DNA of 64,000 bases from Pelagomonas calceolata (Eukaryota): contig CAKKNE010000005.1 in the NCBI GenBank assembly GCA_918797485.1, positions 1,674,001 through 1,738,000 of the forward strand, in the 5' to 3' direction. This document shows positions 51,544 through 61,500 of this stretch, piece after piece. A model generated the notes under the pieces. That model saw only the letters and a program-made list of their open reading frames with translations. It did not search any database and had not been told where the DNA came from. The translations under genes were made by a program, and so were the position numbers. Every line of letters starts with the position of its first letter. Position 1 is the stretch's first letter.

Positions 51544-53679
51544 TCATGCTTTGGTGTCGCTTGGGCTAGATAAGGAGCCAAAAAAGTTCCACACGCAGAT
51601 GCACGAGTCGATGCCGATGGAAACAAGTTGACGCTCATCTGGGGACCACTGAACGGAACTTACGACAGCAGAGTGGGCCCAGCCGTCAGCAATGCACTTT
51701 GGTGGGGCTGTTGCTAACACGTTGAGCTCAAACACAGTCACCATTTCGTCACGGCAGAGAGCAAAGTATTTTCCTGATGGGGAAACAGCAACGCATGTGA
51801 CGGACTGGCCATTAATATTAATGGAAAGAACAGGCTCAGGCGCATCGCAGTCCCAGAAGAGAACACGTCCACTGGCATCGCAAGTGACTAATTCTTGCTC
51901 GCTGTCAATGCGCTGTGTCAGACCAGTGAAAGCGCCCTCACGCATCATATGACCAACTGTGCGTTTCTCTTTGGAAATATCGTGTGTGAACGCAGCACAA
52001 TCGGAACCGGCGCTATGAAATAAATGCGGATTGATAGCATCAATAAGTAGGCCAGTGACTCCCTTGAGATGCTCAGCAAACTGCATCATCATCTCACGTG
52101 TGCTCAGGTTCCAGACACGTACTGAACCGTCAAGGGAACCTGTGACAAGATAGGCAAGCTTGGTCTCAACCCAGCATGTTATTGCCGAGACAGGTTTACG
52201 ATGAGCTGTTGGAATAGTCCATTCAAGGTCACCACTCCCTGAGTTGAAGCACCTTACATGGCAGTCGCCATAGCCAACAATGACAGCAACATCGGCTACC
52301 CAGCATAGGCATCGCGCGCCACCGCCAAACTTTGCATCACGTTGAACTGAGTTTGGTGCTGACTCGGTTAGCCGCTTAGTTGTTGCTATTGCGGAGTAGT
52401 CTGAGAGGTCCCATATGATGACCTCGCCATCAGCAGCAGCCGTTGCAAAGACGTCAGGGCGCACGCCGAAGGCGAGAGCAGTTGGCTTCTCAACGTGTGA
52501 TACTGTCAACAACACCCCTGGCAGTGCAAGATTGTCCGCAAGTAAGCGATATGTTTGACCATTACTTGTGCCTGCGAGCAATTCGGCACCTCCATCGACA
52601 CAAGACAGGGCAATAATGGGACCGTCAAGTTGCGCCTGCGAGTGAAGCTTCCAGCGCATATCGTAGCCGGTGATCTTGCGCACAATGCCATCGCCACCAC
52701 CCGCAAAGACAGCAGGTCGGTCAACACCATGTGTCACGGGCGCTAAGACCATAGCAAGCATACCCCCTGAGCACACCGGCACAGATGCACGGTATGCGCC
52801 ACCTGGGCGTGTTGTGTCTAGTCGGGCCTCGCCCCTTGACCCTGCAAGGCGCAAAACAAGAAGATCACCCTCCATGGTGCCAGCTAGCAAGTACTTTGCG
52901 GGCTCCTCTTCAGGGGCCTCCGCCGCGTATGTTGCCAGCGTCGAGCACCGATAGTTCCGAGCCATGCCTGCAGCCGGCATGACCACAGGCACTGTAGCTA
53001 ACTGCCACTGCTGGCGTGTTGCATCGAAAGAGAGCTCGCCATGATATACTTCGGCAATGCCACGCATAGCGGTTGCGAGACGATAGACGCGGCGGCGGCC
53101 GCAGTCACGCGCACCAACCCACTGGAAGAGACTGAGCTGCTTGATGTACCGCTTGCCAAAAACAACCTCACCTGAGGCAGTATCCCAGATGTACAACACA
53201 CAGTCTTCTCCAGCCGCCGCCAGGAAACGCATATCGTCCGAAAATTCCAAAATTACAACACGCTGCGTGAGACCACGCAGCCTGAAGGCTACAGTTTGTG
53301 TCAAAGTGTCCCAAATAACGACAAGTGCAGCGTAGCCTGGGACGCGCGTCGACCCGAGCTGGCCAGAGGCTAATAAACTTCCGTCCCGCGACGTAGCGAG
53401 CGCCGAAATTGGCTCGTCGTGTGCTCGAAGGAGCTTTTGTTTGTGTGGGTCAGTTAGATCACCAATGACAGCAATTGATCCCATTGCTTTGAAAAAATTG
53501 CTCCCGCCCCCGGGCAACGCTAGGAATGTCCGGGGTGAGTTGCCAGTGTACCCTATCACATGCTCAAGGTCCAGTGGACCCTCGCCGACCTCTCCTGCTC
53601 CCCTGTTGTTAACCTTGATACATTTTTCATACACGTCATCAGAGCCCCCCGCCGCCTCTTCTAGTCGTGCTTCGTGCAT
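51544..53679 (-). CDS. WD40 protein, CFAP52/WDR16-like, single exon
   Basis: LDLEHVIGYTG, LLRAHDEPISALATSRDGSLLASGQ, LVTGSLDGSVRVW, AHSAVVSSVQWSPDERQLVSIGIDSCICVWNF. Confidence 0.8.
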   Translation of the reverse strand: MHEARLEEAAGGSDDVYEKCIKVNNRGAGEVGEGPLDLEHVIGYTGNSPRTFLALPGGGSNFFKAMGSIAVIGDLTDPHKQKLLRAHDEPISALATSRDGSLLASGQLGSTRVPGYAALVVIWDTLTQTVAFRLRGLTQRVVILEFSDDMRFLAAAGEDCVLYIWDTASGEVVFGKRYIKQLSLFQWVGARDCGRRRVYRLATAMRGIAEVYHGELSFDATRQQWQLATVPVVMPAAGMARNYRCSTLATYAAEAPEEEPAKYLLAGTMEGDLLVLRLAGSRGEARLDTTRPGGAYRASVPVCSGGMLAMVLAPVTHGVDRPAVFAGGGDGIVRKITGYDMRWKLHSQAQLDGPIIALSCVDGGAELLAGTSNGQTYRLLADNLALPGVLLTVSHVEKPTALAFGVRPDVFATAAADGEVIIWDLSDYSAIATTKRLTESAPNSVQRDAKFGGGARCLCWVADVAVIVGYGDCHVRCFNSGSGDLEWTIPTAHRKPVSAITCWVETKLAYLVTGSLDGSVRVWNLSTREMMMQFAEHLKGVTGLLIDAINPHLFHSAGSDCAAFTHDISKEKRTVGHMMREGAFTGLTQRIDSEQELVTCDASGRVLFWDCDAPEPVLSININGQSVTCVAVSPSGKYFALCRDEMVTVFELNVLATAPPKCIADGWAHSAVVSSVQWSPDERQLVSIGIDSCICVWNFFGSLSSPSDTKA

Positions 53680-53834
53680 CTGTTTATGTACGACGAGACA
53701 ATTGCGTTAACTCCCAGGAATACCTGCTATGATATGGAACGACGATTTTTGCTTTGGTTTCAATTTTCACTTCAATTATATCTGGAATACCTGGATAGAG
53801 AAGGCATAGTGAATACGGTAGCCATGGCTTGCAG

Positions 53835-54138
53835 CGGCCTGTACGCTGAGGGTAGAGCTGCGGCCACTGGCGCCAAACCGTGCCAGTGACACGTTCTGTG
53901 CTCAGCCTGAGCGCCATCGCGTGCCCAACTGCCACGGGATGGTGCGCTGGAAAGCCCATAGACAGGGCTATCCAGCGCACGTTGTGTTGGCCGTTCGACG
54001 CGCCCCGTGACTCGGAGGCTCCCCGCGAAAAAATTTTCCGAGGGGGTTGCCGGCTGAGGCGAACCCTAGGGGACCACCTGGGATCGCCGGCCACTGGCAC
54101 CTAGGGGCCGAGGCTAGGGCTAGGCGGTCCCGCTCCCC
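53835..54138 (-). repeat. Repeat E, copy 2 (internally deleted)
   Basis: Reverse complement of parts of 47755-48255. Confidence 0.9.
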
Positions 54139-54535
54139 AGTCACACAGATATCCCATCTTCGAGCTCTAAACGCGTACTCACCACATCAGGCATCAGGCT
54201 GTACCGTAGGTAATAAAGCTAAACTCTGAGATAAATCAATCAATCAATCCTGAGCTCGCGGGGGTCACGCTACAACTGTGCGCTTAGACCCGCCAAACTT
54301 TTGCGTGTCGCGTGTCGTGAAATAGTGGGCGGAACACGCGACGAGGAGACGCCGTTTGGGCTTACCATACGAGCACATTTGGCTGCACTAAAGATAAATC
54401 AACTAGCGACGAGCCGGGGCCTAGCTCGCGGGTTTCCAGCTGCCCTCCGTTCCCGTCCGCCATACAGTCGGCTCAGGGGCTTAGAAAGCTACATTCTTGT
54501 CTGGCTCCGCTCATGCTAATCGCCGACGGTTTTTG

Positions 54536-56667
54536 ATGAAGCTGGGATCGAGGTCAGCTTCACCGTTCTATACTTTGCGAAACAAACTCTTAATTCATGA
54601 AGACGCAGATTTGCAGCCATTGGAAGGCCAGGAAGCTTCTGTATTTTGGGAAGATCTTCAAAGGGAGACCAGCTCGCGGAAACGCATATATGGTATTGCA
54701 AACGCGCACAGGATCGAACGCGAGCTTGTGGAACGCTTTGGTGTTTTCAAAGCATTTGTGGCACATCCATATTCGTAAGGTGGCGACGTCGTTCTTTTTC
54801 TTCTATTATCCATTAAAATTCATTATGATTATACAGGCGGAGATTGGTGCAGTGCACAGAGTCCGTGCTCAAGGACCAACTAATAGGGGATCCGATCCTG
54901 CCTCAGCATACCTGCCTGGTATTGCTATTCATGGCTTATCGGGGTAAAATGCCGATAATTAAATTTGTTTTACTGGCATGCCTGTTGTTTGCAGTACATC
55001 CAGTGTTGATACTCACAGGCCTGGTAATGCTTCAGTGCCTGCACAGACAAATGAAGGCACCAAAAGGCAAGTTTACTCGTGGATCCTTATCCAAGGTCTC
55101 AACAATTGATGCAGTAGTCTATGGCGGTGGATTGAGGGGCCTTTACACTGCCGCACTGCTGGCACGTGCAGGGGGGAAGGTGACAGTGCTAATACCACAG
55201 TCCCGTTGTGAAGGTGGGGCCACTGCTTGTCTGGATGGTGCTCCATGCGATTTTATTCTGGATCGATGCGAATTTGGACAGGTGTCGCGCTATGAGACGC
55301 TGCTCTCAGTGTGTTTGCATGCAAGTAAGCCAGTGATTTTCGAGCCTATCGGTGATCAACGGACGGGTTGGGCACACGGAGTCCTCGTTGTTGGTGATCA
55401 CTGTCATCCTGTTCCGCTGCGCAGTGGTGCAAAGGCATGGGTTAATGACCTCTCTCGCGCATCTGGCGCCGACAGACGCATGCTGACAATTGCGCTAACA
55501 CAGGCCATTGCGGTGTATAATGAATTGCTCCCTTTTGTGCTAACCAAGATACCCTACAGCGCCACCCTTCTATGCTGGCTTGGAGTAGGTTGCCAGCGAA
55601 ACGAGACAATACCCGGCTTCACCGCTGCTGCGTGTATAACAGTTTCTGAGGCTGCCAGTCACATCACGCACATCACCAATAATTCTTCATCACCCACAAA
55701 TAGTCATTTTGTGCGCTCCTGCACAGTCTATGGCCTCCTCAGAGAAGAACATGCTCCAATATGCGAAGTATCGTTCGCGGCCTGGTCTGCATCTGTAGTC
55801 CATGGAATCAACGGATATCATATTCCCAAAGGAGGAATCTCTCAGCTCTGTGCCTCCCTCCAAGCTACCGTTCAAGCAAATGGCGGCCAGGTCCTAACCA
55901 ATGCATACGTTCGCGCTATCAGACTTCGAGACCATTCACGCAACTTGATCCACATCGCCTCGACTATAGGAGAGTTCACCACAGATAAGCTAGTGCTTGC
56001 TGTGGATGCTATAGAGTGCTTTCGGCTTATTGACCGCACCAAAGATGTTGCCGGAATCTGTCCTCGAAGAAACAGCAAGACCGTGTCACCGTCCAACCTA
56101 AAAGGGCCCAGCATCCGTCAGGTTGTGCGAACCCTAATTGCTTTTCCTGGGACTTGTAAGGATCTTGATGCTCCCAAAGATTTGCCCATCTTCTGGCGAA
56201 AGCAAAGTGCAACCTGCAATGACCCTAAGGTCCTAGATTGCAAGACAATTACCCTCCGGGACTCGCCAAATGGTGTCGCTTCTTGTGTTGTGGAGGGCCC
56301 CGTATCGTCGCTGTGGGTCAATGCCTTTGGTGGAAATGATACTGCCACGGATACTCGTAACAGACTCCACAATGACATCCTCAGTACAATTGCTCACCTC
56401 TTCCCTCTCACTCGAGGCAGAGCCTTGTACATCAATACATTGGCGCCGTCACCACGAGGCTTCTCTCACACCCCAGCAAGATACTTGGTCGGAAAGGATG
56501 CGTTGGGACCCGTCATTAATGGGCTGAGTGACATTTTCCTTGCGCTCGATGACTTTGCTGTATCGAACTCTGCTGGATCCGTGATAGCGGGGTATCTAGC
56601 CGCCCATACAGCGCTTGGCTACACAAGAGCCGCAATAATATCCCAGCTTAATCAGGACCTAACCTAG
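54536..56667 (+). CDS. FAD-dependent oxidoreductase, retinol saturase / carotenoid isomerase-desaturase-like, 1 intron (54775-54836)
   Basis: TM segments followed by the Rossmann motif DAVVYGGGLRGLYTAALLARAGGKVTVL, GYHIPKGGISQLCASL..VQANGGQVLTNAYV, HTPARY and GSVIAGYLAA. The start is uncertain. Confidence 0.75.
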
Positions 56668-57248
56668 AGGAATGTTCGATTGAAACAGACCACCATTGCC
56701 TTTTTGGGGGAGGAAGACGACTCCTGACGCTGACAGCGTCACAATCAATACATTTATTCCCTGCAAATTACCCCAAAGGCTGTCATACGATGGCAACAGT
56801 GTCACCTGCGGCTCTGATACTACTATCAGGGAGGTTCATATGGCAGGTGACGACTCAAAAAACAACATTTCGCTTGGGGTCTGAGTCATGCCAGACACTA
56901 TTTTGCGGTGCCGGTTGGCGGTTGACTTGAAATCGCGCTTCAAGTTCACTATCCAGAGAGCGAAAATATAGTGCCAGCGGCCAGGCCCGGGCGTCCTTGG
57001 CGCGGCTGCCGGGCAACGCTGTGGAGTTAAATGATTCCTGCCCCTACCACCGCCACGGACCAAGGTCACGGTAGCGTCAGCATGACTACCACGGCGGTGA
57101 GTCGGAGAGCCAGTGTATTACTTGTGCACTACGCCGTCTACGGTACTTAGTATATACATACCTCAATTTGCGCTGGCCCGGGGGCATGCTTCGAACTGGA
57201 TTTGTAGTAGATAACTTGAACCTATAATTACTTACAACCACGCCGTAG

Positions 57249-57658
57249 TATAAGGATTTTGCATACTTTATGTCCCGTCCTGAGTCCTGACTGATAAAAC
57301 ATACTCAGGCTCAGGCTAGTAATAACTTGAAGACCATTAAAAATCCGACCGTGACTCCGAGGCTCGGTCACGGTATTCAGTTCTTGAACTTGAAATCCGA
57401 GATAAACTTTGCCAGTGAAAGCCGGCGTCCCCCTTTTTCGCCAATTATGAATGCTGCTAAAATCTTATGAAAACTTAAAAATCGTGATCGCCGAATACTT
57501 CGCCCGTTGGAGAAACCGTGACAGTATAGACGAAACATATAAATCTAGTTCAAGTTCCCGCCCCCCCGGGCCGCCTCGGGCTAACGGCGTGGCACTATTT
57601 CATACGTTTCGTGGGATCCGATTCAGAGCGAAGTCACGGTCGCCACGGCAACGCAGGG
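57249..57658 (+). repeat. Repeat C, copy 2, expanded by multiple 6-bp insertions
   Basis: Colinear with 43640-43880, with extra ctcagg, caagtt, cacggt and cttgaa units. Confidence 0.8.
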
Positions 57659-58464
57659 CGATGTTGGCGTAGCCCCCGCCGACCGAGTGAGGGATGGTGG
57701 CGACGTAGAGCGAAGCTTAAGCGACCTGGCTCGCGTGCCACGCAGGACCCTGGAGGCCCTAGTCGCGTCACCGACGTGGCCACGATGGTTATTATCAGTA
57801 CCGCGTCACGGTGGGGCCACTGCAACGAGTTTCGGCCTAAACTTGAATGGGGCTTTGACGACCACGAGAATGGGACTTGGCGGCGGAGAATAGTGAATAT
57901 GATTAGGGCGTCATAGGCCACTGGCAGTCTAAGCCTGCATGTGAACCGGGCAGGGGGCGATATCGCAGTTGCAGCGTATAGCCGCGATGTTGCAATGTGT
58001 GGCCCCCATGCGGGTATTATCCTAATCGCGATTTTGGGGCGCTAGCACTTTGGGGTAGACTCGAAAGTGAACCCAGCAAATAGGGGTGGGGCTCCACGCC
58101 GGGGCGTGGTCGTCCGGTGGGCGGCCAGCCTGAGACTCTGAGTCAACCGGGCCGTCACGGTCACGGTCACGGTGACCGTGACCGTGACTGGGCACTGGCA
58201 GCCGGCTCCCGGGCCGGACCGTGTAGCGCTGGCCACTGGCACGGCCTCAATTTAGGGAGCTTGAAGGCCCAGGCCCGGGCCGGCGGTGGCCTTAGTGCAA
58301 GACATCGATTTTGGTGATCTTCAACTTCAACTTCAACTTGAAGTATGTTGCAATTTCATTCAGTCCTATCTTGAATTCGTCGCGCAAGGGGTCAAAGTCA
58401 CGTCGACGGGCCAATCAACCCTCCATATTTGGCTAGTGCCTACCGTGGTGTTGCATAATATTAT

Positions 58465-58540
58465 GTACCGTAGGTACCGTAGGTACTAACCAAAACCTAC
58501 AGCCTACCTACGGTACCAGCAAGTACGGTACCGTAGGTAT
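58465..58540. repeat. TACCG/GGTAC word cluster upstream of the dynein ATG
   Basis: gtaccgtaggtaccgtaggtac...cctacctacggtacc...gtacggtaccgtaggta. Confidence 0.9.
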
Positions 58541-58579
58541 TCAACGCGGCTCATAATAGTAGGATGCAACGCTGATATT

Positions 58580-61500
58580 ATGGATTCCGGTAGCAACTTG
58601 GTCGCAGACGATAGACTCGTTTTTGCGCTAGATCCTCAAACTGTATATCAGTATGATTTGCGTACGGCGCGGGCAACTATGCGCCCTCGGGGACACAAAG
58701 TTTTGTCTGTTTTGCCGACCTTAAAGAGTAATGAACGTCTGCATGCACCATTACGAGCCCGATTGCGTCCATTGCTAGCAGAATCTACATCAGGGCAGCA
58801 CAACGAGACAAGACCGGTGTCCCTCAAGCATTGCAGTACCAGGGTAGAAACAAAGTTACCAATTCATGAGTCGCGGCAGCTAGCTGAGCTATCGGATGAC
58901 GAAGACTTTAAGATTGCACAGCTGGGTCTGACGACAGGAGAAGACGCGGTAAATTATTTCACTACCGCAAGCAAGGACTCGCACGTCAAGTTCGTGCATC
59001 TTGTTCCAGCGGCCGACGGTTTAGAGCTCAACCCTTATCTGTTGGTAGTAGTTCCTTTCAGTGCTGCCCTTTCGCGTGGCGAATACTTCACCATGTCCCA
59101 AACTGGTCTCGTTCGTTGTGTCCAGAGCAACGGTGTAAGCGAGACAGAATGTGTATCAATGAACGAATGGGTACGACATTCCACATTTTTTAACATTCTA
59201 CGAAGTATACCGTATTTCAAGTTGTTTGTTCGGCTAAAGATATTCCGCCAATGGCACGCTAATGTGCGCCGGAAACTTTTTGTACGGCAACAGCGCTATT
59301 TGAGAAGCAGACTGCTCTTGGCTCGTGCCATTCTTTGCCAACCAATAATTGAGCTAAAGACGAAGATCTATGAGCTCAGGAAGGCATCCTTCATCGCACC
59401 ATTATCCCACAATCGTCTTCAAAGCAAAACACTCTTGATATTTATAGAACAACAGTTGGTCGCAAAAAAGGAGGCAATGTTTACGTGTGAAAGGATAATG
59501 AAACGGGTAATAGATATTACAGGCGTAGCTTGCGAATCAGTAAAATCACTCCAATACACCAAAGACAAATCTGCTAGTTCCCCTAAAGAGCTATGTACTC
59601 TTTTGTTATCTAAACTGGAGGAGGGCGGGACTAGAGGCCCGTCCATTAACAGCGAAATTGAGGAAAGACGAGCCCATAGGCGATTGGTTGCCAGTGCTTC
59701 GAAAGATCGAGGGCTGCTCACTAATTTTGTGCGCCTAGTAGATTGCATTATGGTGGAAACCGTCATATCTAATGTAATGCTCAGCTTCACCGAAACCTTG
59801 CTGGCTAATCTCGTGGATACTCGACACAAGGTTGGGTTGTTTGAGGTCATGCTTGGATTTGAGCTTACAGGAACGACGTTCTCCCCAATGCTCTCTGATT
59901 TTCTGGACATGTCACAGCGCGTCACTGACGATGTCATAGCCGATTTATGTCGCATTCCACGTGTCCTAGACTCTCGAAGTTGTGTCGAGCATTGTCCCTG
60001 GACTTCCTTTGCGTCGAAATTCGATGAAGTTATTTATTCTCTCCCTCTTTTTCGTCGCTTCGTGGACGCGTTGCGCAACAAGTTTCGTTTAGATTTCAAG
60101 CTTGCAATGCACAAAGCGGCGGTTTTTGATTCAGTGAGGCCAATCTACGAAGAATCGAGGAATTTCATTCCGCGCGTGTATCGGTCAAAAGCAAGAACAT
60201 TTTCTGAGCTGCAAATTGAATTCGAGCAGATCTGTGCCTGGCAGCAGGAGCTAGACAGGATGCGAGCTCGCGAATCTTCTGGGACAATCGAAGCTACGTC
60301 GCGGCATCTCAAGCAGACGCTGCTACCCTTTGTCGAAGCAAAGCAGGGTCTGCTTAAGAGTATAATCAGAGATGAGGCACGTGTTCAGTGTTCAAATTTG
60401 CGGACGATGCTAATGATGCGTGTTGAAGTTCTTGAGGCAATTCCAAAAAATCTCGATGACTTTGCTAGCTATCTTGAACAGACAGGAGCATACGACGAAC
60501 AAGAGATTAGCCGCATTAGAGGACCTGTGGACCGAATGTACTCACTACTTCAAATAAATGAAGTTAAGGTCCCGCCTGATGATCTTGTTGCATTGGATGA
60601 AATGCACAGCCTCGCGGCTCGATACAGCAAGCAGCTTGTCGCTGCTCAGACCTTCAAGGAGAACGAGCATGCAAATCAGAACGAACAACTTGATAAGGAC
60701 ATTGTAGCTCTAAACTCTGACCTGTCGGTGGTTACGACTGAAATCATGTCAGGCAATTTTGTCGATGTCATGCATTTTGATGATCCAGAGATGCCCGTTA
60801 TCAAAAGGGAGCTAGCAGCGATGCACTACCGTTTGGAACAGCTCGCCACGCGCGCTCAAACATATGCCAGCTACAAAGAGTTGTTTGGACTTCACGCAGA
60901 TGAATTCCCCCAATTAAACAAAGCAACAGACCGGCTGAGACTTGTCGACAGGCTCTGGACTTCAATCGCTGACTGGCACGCTTCCTATTCTATTTGGATG
61001 CGTGGAGATCTGACGACGCTTGACGCGGAAGAAGTTGACAGTAAAATGCAGGTCCTCCAGGCCGACGCATTTTCGCTCAATCGCAAGGTGAACTCTCCCG
61101 TGACAGAGAAATTTGTGCTGGTTATTGACGAGTTCAAGCCAGTCATGCCCCTAATCGTGGACCTCGGGAATCCGGCCATGCAGTCAAGGCACTGGGAGCA
61201 GCTATGCAAGGCGATGGGAAAGAATTTTGATCCTAGCACAACATTCAGTCTCGAGGACTTCCTCGCATGGGGCATCACCAGCCACGCGGAACTAGCGAGC
61301 GACGTAAGCAGTACTGCGTCCGGAGAGTTCCAATTGGAGAAGGGTTTAGCAAAAATGGAGACTGCCTGGGAAACGCTTGCCTTTGTTACCAAAGAATGGC
61401 GGACGAGCTACATTCTGGTCAGCACGGATGAAATCCAGCAGGAGCTTGATGACCAGATTGTAAAAACACAGGCCATGCGGGGCTCTAGCGCATCTCAGCG

